From: a virus
UHGV virus genome: UHGV-2031204
Length of the DNA stretch: 64,000 nt
Reading direction: 5' to 3' (one strand)
Each line of letters begins with the position of its first letter. Position 1 is the stretch's first letter. The notes below the pieces were generated by a model. That model worked only from the letters and a program-made list of their open reading frames with translations, ran no database searches and was not told the origin of the DNA. Both the position numbers and the translations under genes were made by a program. This document shows positions 58,788 to 64,000 of this stretch, piece by piece.

Positions 58788-58815
58788 GGCACCTTCGGGT
58801 GCCCTTAATTTTTTT
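58788..58815 (+). terminator. rho-independent terminator
   Basis: Hairpin GGCACC-ttcg-GGTGCC followed by a T-run. Confidence 0.65.
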
Positions 58816-58834
58816 ATTAATTGGAGCATAAAAG

Positions 58835-59650
58835 ATGATTACCATTAAAGATTATTTTCCGCGTGGACTGAGCAATGAAAACTTCGTTCCAACTGAAGAC
58901 ATTGCCATCGTAACAGAGTCTAGTGATAAGTCTTTTAAACTCTACTTGAGTACGGCAGCAGGAAAATCCACTCTTATCCTTCGCGAACCTGAAGTGATAA
59001 GCATCTGCTCGTTTGGGGGTGGTGTAGAAGGAACGATTAATTGGTTGAAATCCAGAATGCATCGTTTGCTTATCGTGAACACCGATCCTGTGATTCGTTT
59101 ACAGCAATTGAAATCGTTGAATGAAGTTATCGTCGGATTATTGGAACATGAAACGTTCGGTAATGCAGCGATTGCGGAAGAGATTAAATCTGTAGAACTA
59201 ATCGAGTGGAGTGATATCGAATACGAACGTGCTGCGTTATTCGCAATGTACGGTGACGATAATCCTGTTGTGTTTGCACAAACATTAGATAACGTTACAG
59301 TAACAGCGCGCGTATTGTTTGGCTTACAGCGTGTTGAGTTTGAACTGAAACACGTTTATGTAAGTAATACTCCAGAGATGGTGGAAACGTTGACTCGTGC
59401 GTTCGCTTACCCGTTAGACGGAGAATGGGAACAGCAGATTAATGAAGCGTTAGGCGCGATGCTGTTCTTAGCAGGCACACTAAGGAAAGAAGAGAAATTA
59501 GAAGGTCGTGTTTATCCAGAATACGATTTTGTTTGTGAAGAATGTGGAGCACAGTATCAAATACGTGTTCCTTTAACCGGCCTGACAATCCCGAAAGCCA
59601 ACGTGCAATGTAAGGAATGTGGCCATGTTCAATACGTAGCGACTAAATAA
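58835..59650 (+). CDS. hypothetical protein with C-terminal zinc-ribbon-like motif
   Basis: 271 aa; GGAG upstream; C-terminus CEECG...(21 aa)...CKECG. Confidence 0.55.
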   Translation: MITIKDYFPRGLSNENFVPTEDIAIVTESSDKSFKLYLSTAAGKSTLILREPEVISICSFGGGVEGTINWLKSRMHRLLIVNTDPVIRLQQLKSLNEVIVGLLEHETFGNAAIAEEIKSVELIEWSDIEYERAALFAMYGDDNPVVFAQTLDNVTVTARVLFGLQRVEFELKHVYVSNTPEMVETLTRAFAYPLDGEWEQQINEALGAMLFLAGTLRKEEKLEGRVYPEYDFVCEECGAQYQIRVPLTGLTIPKANVQCKECGHVQYVATK

Positions 59651-59656
59651 AAGCAA

Positions 59657-59700
59657 CCCCTAATCCCGAAAAGGATTAGGGGTACACTTTATTTATTTTC
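59657..59700 (+). terminator. rho-independent terminator
   Basis: Stem CCCCTAATCC / GGATTAGGGG with loop cgaaaa, then a T-rich run. Confidence 0.6.
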
Positions 59701-59707
59701 GCAAATT

Positions 59708-59791
59708 CAACAACTTGGATTAAATAAAAGGCTTAAAGCCACTAACAATCATCGAGTACAGATCTTCACCGAAAGGAGAAGTAACTACTAA
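59708..59791 (+). pseudogene. 5'-truncated remnant of the small-ORF family
   Basis: Reads in frame as QQLGLNKRLKATNNHRVQIFTERRSNY*, clearly related to the C-terminus of the 59948 ORF (SQLGMDKRLKPSTNRFTQIFTEKRSEHY*), but has no start codon and runs in frame straight from the upstream gene's stop. Confidence 0.35.
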
Positions 59792-59947
59792 ATAAAATAA
59801 AGGGGTGTGACAGCACCCCTTATCAAAGCTTTAACTTTTCGAAAAGAGAAGTTAAAGCAGGGTACGCTGTAGCACCAGCGTACCCTTTACAGCACCACCA
59901 CGTTTCCGTAGTGGATTTCTTTAATCACCCTACAAAGAGGGCTTACC

Positions 59948-60121
59948 ATGAACAATGGTTACTACTTTACTGACAAAATGCTTGCAGAACAGAGTGCAGC
60001 AAAGACCAATTTACAGCAACGTATCTACAAGTATAGTCAGCTCGGCATGGATAAACGGTTAAAACCGTCTACCAACCGTTTCACGCAGATATTCACCGAA
60101 AAGAGGAGTGAACACTACTAA
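59948..60121 (+). CDS. small hypothetical protein (57 aa), repeat-family member
   Basis: MNNGYYFTDKMLAEQSAAKTNLQQRIYKYSQLGMDKRLKPSTNRFTQIFTEKRSEHY; paralogous to the 60346 ORF and the remnant at 59708. Confidence 0.4.
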   Translation: MNNGYYFTDKMLAEQSAAKTNLQQRIYKYSQLGMDKRLKPSTNRFTQIFTEKRSEHY

Positions 60122-60345
60122 CAAATAAAGAGGAGGCGTGTCAGCGCCTCCCCTCCTCGTACAGTAACCTGCCGAGATGGTGGTCGTAGGTATAATAAAA
60201 AGGGGTGCACCACCACCCCTTTTCTTAGCTTTAACTTTTCCGAAGAGAAGTTAAAGCAGTAGAGACTGTTCCATCAGTCTCTACTGTACGGTGACAACGC
60301 ATAAAGTTGTTGACGTTTTTACAACATTACAAAAGGTAATGAAAA

Positions 60346-60507
60346 ATGAACGAATATCAAATACAGATGTTCAATACCGCGATGCGAAATCGTGAAAAAC
60401 AAATTCAGTTTAACCAACGCATGGACGAATATGTTCGTCTCGGCCTCGTTGCGGCACCGAAAACGGTTAACAATCACAATGTTCACCAACCACCTGTAAG
60501 GAGATAA
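60346..60507 (+). CDS. small hypothetical protein (53 aa), repeat-family member
   Basis: MNEYQIQMFNTAMRNREKQIQFNQRMDEYVRLGLVAAPKTVNNHNVHQPPVRR; the stop appears premature relative to the family 3' end (GATAAG versus GAAG). Confidence 0.4.
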   Translation: MNEYQIQMFNTAMRNREKQIQFNQRMDEYVRLGLVAAPKTVNNHNVHQPPVRR

Positions 60508-60650
60508 GTTACTAACTAATAAAGGGGGTGGCAGCAACACCCCCTACTTAGTTCAGTAGTTGTTTCCCGTTCATAATTAATAGCCTTCTGTTTTTTTTTG
60601 TTTTTCGAGACGCATAAGGGGTCATAAGGGGGAGCCGAAGCTCCCCAGAC

Positions 60651-62213
60651 TCAAAAGAGTTCGTCACCCATGCCGCCGGTAAATACGTTAATCGACGAGG
60701 CTGTTACAGTTTCTTCTTTATCACAATCCCATGGCAAAATGCCAACATCACGGAAAGGTATTACAGTATAATGATAAGCTTCTTTGGTATCAATAATGGT
60801 ACGGTGTTTACCGCGTTGTACTTCTAAATAGCTGTGTCCGCTGACGACACGTTTGTTAAAATACATCTCACCGTCAGCTTCGTTGTCTAAGCTAGAGCAG
60901 TTGTCGTAAAGACCACGACCAGGTAAGCTCTTACAGAAACTTGCTGGGTCGAGTGCTTTTAATTTTTTGCCTTCTGGTGAGATTTGGTGTGGTGCTAAGA
61001 GGAAACCACGATTACGTACCACTTGGATGTTTCGCGCGATACGATAAATTTCTTTAATGTCACTACCCGCAATACCGTTACCGTGCCCTGCTTTGCTGAT
61101 AGTACCGAAATAGTCTCCGCGTATTCCAGCTACATGATAACCTCGACGTTTTAGATCTAAAATCAAATCATTCAAATAGTGAATTTTAAAATCGGAGTTT
61201 GTGTGTTTTTGGAAAATATACTCCCAACCGTTTGCCCGCATTTTACTACAGAGGTAATCTGACATTTGTGCATTGTGTAGCGCTTTTTCTTCGTCAGTTG
61301 CCGTTTCAGGTGCAACCATTACCGGAGCTGTACCTTCAAAGTGTCCGTAAAGTGCTTGATACGCGTAAGCCAAGTTAACATCTAATTCGTTTTCTAAACT
61401 TAAATCCAGAATAACCGGTTGTAAGTCACCTTTAACATTTGCCATCACCTTTTCTGGGGTGTTGAATACAGGAATGCTAATAGAGAGCAATAAACTGAAT
61501 AATGACTTACAGTTAAAGGGTAGTGCGGGCATTAGCCAGAGTTCTTCGGTGATCCCTTTGTTACAGCCAAGCATTTGGTTAATTGCTTTCCACCCCGTAC
61601 GTAACCCATTACCTGCCGCTTTCTTACTGATAGAGTCGAATACATGTACGAAGGGTGCTTTATTGTCAGTAATCAATTCCCCTACCAGAGAAGGAATCTT
61701 ATTATGAGAGCGTTCACTGAACGTGGATAAGGTATCCTTAAGGTCGTTGAGCGCCGTTTGTAAATCAACACGCGTTTCAGTGCCGTTCAGTGCGCCTAAC
61801 GTACGACCCAATTTTTGTTTCAGTTGTACGCCTTGAATAGCTTGACGTAACTGAAAGTAGTATTGTGCTACTTGGCGATTAAGATGCTCGATGCGTGCTT
61901 CTGGTTCTTCTGGAATATCATCTTCCAGGAATTTGGTAATCGTATCGTATAGAGGACGTATTTGCGTAGTGGCCAGTTTCAAACGTTTCATGACGTTTGT
62001 GTGGTCGTAAGGCATACCGCCGTCTATGATGGATGTGATGATATCCTTGATTTCGACGAGGGCGGCACGTTCGTCACCTTCTTCTGCGTAATCAGGAAGC
62101 TTAGCCTCTAACAGCACTTTTCTTATGATGTCGTGGTCCTTTTCAGGATCGGTCAGAAGACTTTCAGCGTATAATGTGGCTAAGGCGGTTATCAACATCA
62201 TTTTGTTATTCAT
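60651..62213 (-). CDS. hypothetical protein (520 aa)
   Basis: Minus-strand ORF with AAGGA 6 nt upstream of its ATG; no motif recognised. Confidence 0.6.
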   Translation of the reverse strand: MNNKMMLITALATLYAESLLTDPEKDHDIIRKVLLEAKLPDYAEEGDERAALVEIKDIITSIIDGGMPYDHTNVMKRLKLATTQIRPLYDTITKFLEDDIPEEPEARIEHLNRQVAQYYFQLRQAIQGVQLKQKLGRTLGALNGTETRVDLQTALNDLKDTLSTFSERSHNKIPSLVGELITDNKAPFVHVFDSISKKAAGNGLRTGWKAINQMLGCNKGITEELWLMPALPFNCKSLFSLLLSISIPVFNTPEKVMANVKGDLQPVILDLSLENELDVNLAYAYQALYGHFEGTAPVMVAPETATDEEKALHNAQMSDYLCSKMRANGWEYIFQKHTNSDFKIHYLNDLILDLKRRGYHVAGIRGDYFGTISKAGHGNGIAGSDIKEIYRIARNIQVVRNRGFLLAPHQISPEGKKLKALDPASFCKSLPGRGLYDNCSSLDNEADGEMYFNKRVVSGHSYLEVQRGKHRTIIDTKEAYHYTVIPFRDVGILPWDCDKEETVTASSINVFTGGMGDELF

Positions 62214-62226
62214 GGAGCATCCTTAA

Positions 62227-62751
62227 ATGCAAATTCGTTTTAGTCCACCGTGGGAAGTTCAACCTAACATAGATAAAGGCGCTGCCGTTAAAAGTATAGA
62301 ATTGCTCCAGGCAGGGTTCTTTAACTGGTTATATGACTGTCCGAATGGTTTCAGTTCTATTATCTTACCTGAAGTAAGTCGTTCTGCTATTTATAAAGCG
62401 TTAATGGCTCCGCCTGTGCTTCCAGGTAAATATTATGATCAGGTGTTACGTCTGGTCGAATCAGGCGAAAAGGTTTCCCTTGACGATTTATATGGGGAAA
62501 CAATTCCTTGTCGCGTACGTTGGGTGTTTACTCAACGTGGTGATACGATTGTGGCGTCATTTGCAGAAGCGAAGTCCGGTTCGGGTTTTTCTTCGGGTGA
62601 AGACCACGCTGCGAAAAAGATGTTCTGCGCAGAACTTTTTAAATATATGCGTACCAAGACTCGCGTCGTGGATGACTGCTTCAGTACCTCAACGCAGTTT
62701 GCCGCTAACGAAGTGCTGACGCAATTATACGCATGTCATTTATCTCATTAA
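62227..62751 (+). CDS. hypothetical protein (174 aa)
   Basis: + ORF whose start lies only 13 nt from the start of the divergent minus gene. Confidence 0.5.
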   Translation: MQIRFSPPWEVQPNIDKGAAVKSIELLQAGFFNWLYDCPNGFSSIILPEVSRSAIYKALMAPPVLPGKYYDQVLRLVESGEKVSLDDLYGETIPCRVRWVFTQRGDTIVASFAEAKSGSGFSSGEDHAAKKMFCAELFKYMRTKTRVVDDCFSTSTQFAANEVLTQLYACHLSH

Positions 62752-62763
62752 GGTATTAAACAA

Positions 62764-64000
62764 ATGAAAGATACCCGAATCTCTAATCTGGAGAAACTCG
62801 TACAAGCTGGTAACTCGCTGGTACAAAGCGTCATTAGTAACAACAGTGCTGGCGAAATGTGGAACACCATCGTTGCTGGTGAGTCTGTACGTAGCAACAC
62901 GAAAGTTTTTGGTACCCTGCGTGACGATGCTGCACAGCACTACGCAAACGCGTTTGCTGGCGGTAAGAAAATGTCCCACGCTGCGGAAGTTGCTTCTGCA
63001 ATGATTCTGGGTGCTGCTGGTCACGGTATGGACCTGCAAGAAAAAGTAGCGCAAGAATACGCTAAGCCAGAATTCCATAGCCGTTTTAACCTGGACGTTG
63101 CGATTCCTGGTTCCCAAGCTGGTAACGGCGACTGGGGCAAAGAGCGTATGGTTGTTGCTCAGGAATACTACACCAACAAAGATTACGACAAAAACCTGGG
63201 TCTGACCTGGACGCTGAACGTACGTGCTCTGGAAACTCAGTCTCGTTTTGCTGAGACTCTGTTCCCGACCATCACCGTTGACACCAACGATGTTGGTATT
63301 ACCGTACGTACCAAAGTGACCACCGTTTCTCGTGGTGTCATGCACGCGTTACTGACCAAAGACGTTGTTGAAGATCATCGTCGTAACCTGCACGAAGCGC
63401 TGACTGACCACACCGTTCTTCAGGACGAAGCGATCAACATCGTTCCTTACGTAATGGAAACCGGTGAAAACGCTGAATACTTCGTAAGCGAAGATCTGGT
63501 ACCGAACGAATCTGTTCGTCTGGGCCGCGTACCTCCGTACCCGACTAACTACCTGAGCTTTGCTAAAGACACTCTGAACCTGTTCCAGCTGTCTGCGCAT
63601 CCGGGTATCGTTCAGGAAGGTTACGACGAAACTGATGAAATCGCACCGGGTTGTGCTCTGGGCAGCCTGCTGATTTCCGTACGTAAACCGACCGAAGAAG
63701 CGAAAGCAGGTAAATTCATCAAACTGCACGTTCGTGACATGCAGTTCGCAACCTTCCAGCGTCCTGCTGAAGGTGATGGTCGTGAGCTGGTACTGCAATT
63801 CCGTCGTACTGCGTTCTCTCTGAATGCGAAAACTACCGACTGGAAAGGCGAAGCTATTCCGGCACTGAAATCACTGGAACAGAACTCCTACACCCTGCGT
63901 TATGTGATCACCATCAACATGTCTCTGTTCACTACCGGTCAGTTCGGTGGCAAAGTTGACATCGCTGGTCACAAACTGGAAATCGAAGGTCTGTACGACG
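62764..64000 (+). CDS. highly expressed protein, 3'-truncated by the window end; candidate major virion structural protein
   Basis: ATG at 62764 (AAGG upstream); frame open for over 412 codons to the window edge, so absent from the ORF track; very strong bias to high-expression codons. The track's minus ORFs 62740..63345 and 63349..63798 are its antisense shadow. Confidence 0.75.
   Translation, partial: MKDTRISNLEKLVQAGNSLVQSVISNNSAGEMWNTIVAGESVRSNTKVFGTLRDDAAQHYANAFAGGKKMSHAAEVASAMILGAAGHGMDLQEKVAQEYAKPEFHSRFNLDVAIPGSQAGNGDWGKERMVVAQEYYTNKDYDKNLGLTWTLNVRALETQSRFAETLFPTITVDTNDVGITVRTKVTTVSRGVMHALLTKDVVEDHRRNLHEALTDHTVLQDEAINIVPYVMETGENAEYFVSEDLVPNESVRLGRVPPYPTNYLSFAKDTLNLFQLSAHPGIVQEGYDETDEIAPGCALGSLLISVRKPTEEAKAGKFIKLHVRDMQFATFQRPAEGDGRELVLQFRRTAFSLNAKTTDWKGEAIPALKSLEQNSYTLRYVITINMSLFTTGQFGGKVDIAGHKLEIEGLYD

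Larger units (their letters stand above)
59700..60550 (+). repeat. tandem array of about 3 degenerate units, each a small ORF plus a conserved set of hairpins
   Basis: Units start near 59700, 59948 and 60346. Recurring elements: ORF 3' end ...GAAA(G)GAG(A)AGT..TACTAA; hairpin GGGGTG-loop-CACCCC (59802..59820, 60200..60220, 60523..60545); hairpin GCTTTAACTTTTC...GAGAAGTTAAAGC (59828..59859, 60228..60258); a third hairpin with a different sequence but the same 10-bp stem shape (59860..59886, 60260..60287). Confidence 0.6.

Noticed and set aside
60300-60345. Possible sigma-70 promoter (TTGACG ... ) upstream of the 60346 small ORF
   Set aside because: No convincing -10 hexamer at the right spacing; too weak to call.
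59700-60600. Tandem repeats considered as a CRISPR array
   Set aside because: Units are about 250-400 bp and degenerate, not short identical direct repeats with unique spacers; no cas genes are present.
62740-63798. Minus-strand ORFs 62740..63345 and 63349..63798
   Set aside because: Antisense to the codon-optimised partial + gene starting at 62764, which is open to the window end.
1-64000. Prophage boundary, integrase, transposase, tRNA or rRNA genes
   Set aside because: No recombinase or transposase motifs, no att-like flanking repeats and no tRNA-like T-loop seen by eye. The content is uniformly phage-like, consistent with an internal segment of a lytic jumbo-phage genome.

Overview
The window reads as one contiguous, densely coding segment of a large dsDNA phage genome of the nucleus-forming jumbo-phage type (phiKZ-like / chimallivirus-like). 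I call about 64 protein genes, mostly on the + strand with short minus-strand islands, and found no rRNA, tRNA, CRISPR array, integrase or transposase. Every functional call comes from reading motifs by eye; no database search or computed statistic was available, and most genes stay hypothetical.

Anchors: (1) a strongly codon-optimised 615-aa gene (9855..11702) sits directly upstream of a gene carrying the RNA polymerase beta-prime catalytic motif NADFDGD plus an N-terminal zinc finger (11787..13394). From memory this matches the phiKZ gp54 (chimallin) / gp55 (non-virion RNAP beta-prime N) arrangement. (2) A translationally coupled pair at 23114..27450 carries a beta-subunit C-terminal motif and a possible beta-prime bridge-helix motif. 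(3) A family-B DNA polymerase appears split into two genes about 27 kb apart on opposite strands (35280..37061 and 6040..8352). (4) Also present are a DExH helicase, a clear dihydrofolate reductase, a metallophosphoesterase and an SSB-like protein.

Non-coding structure: 17 hairpin plus T-run terminators, and seven copies of a promoter-like motif TAGATATTATCTAnGTGA placed 40-75 nt upstream of + strand genes.

Candidates for something undescribed: (a) two adjacent proteins with nucleoporin-like FG-repeat C-terminal tails (19581..22689); (b) a tandem array of small paralogous ORFs each followed by a conserved set of hairpins (59700..60550); (c) a tandemly duplicated, highly expressed protein pair with conserved A-x-E motifs (47612..50231); (d) a 47-aa lipoprotein-like gene with its own promoter and terminator (58637..58780). 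Codon usage of the highly expressed genes suggests an enterobacterial host, which is inference only.
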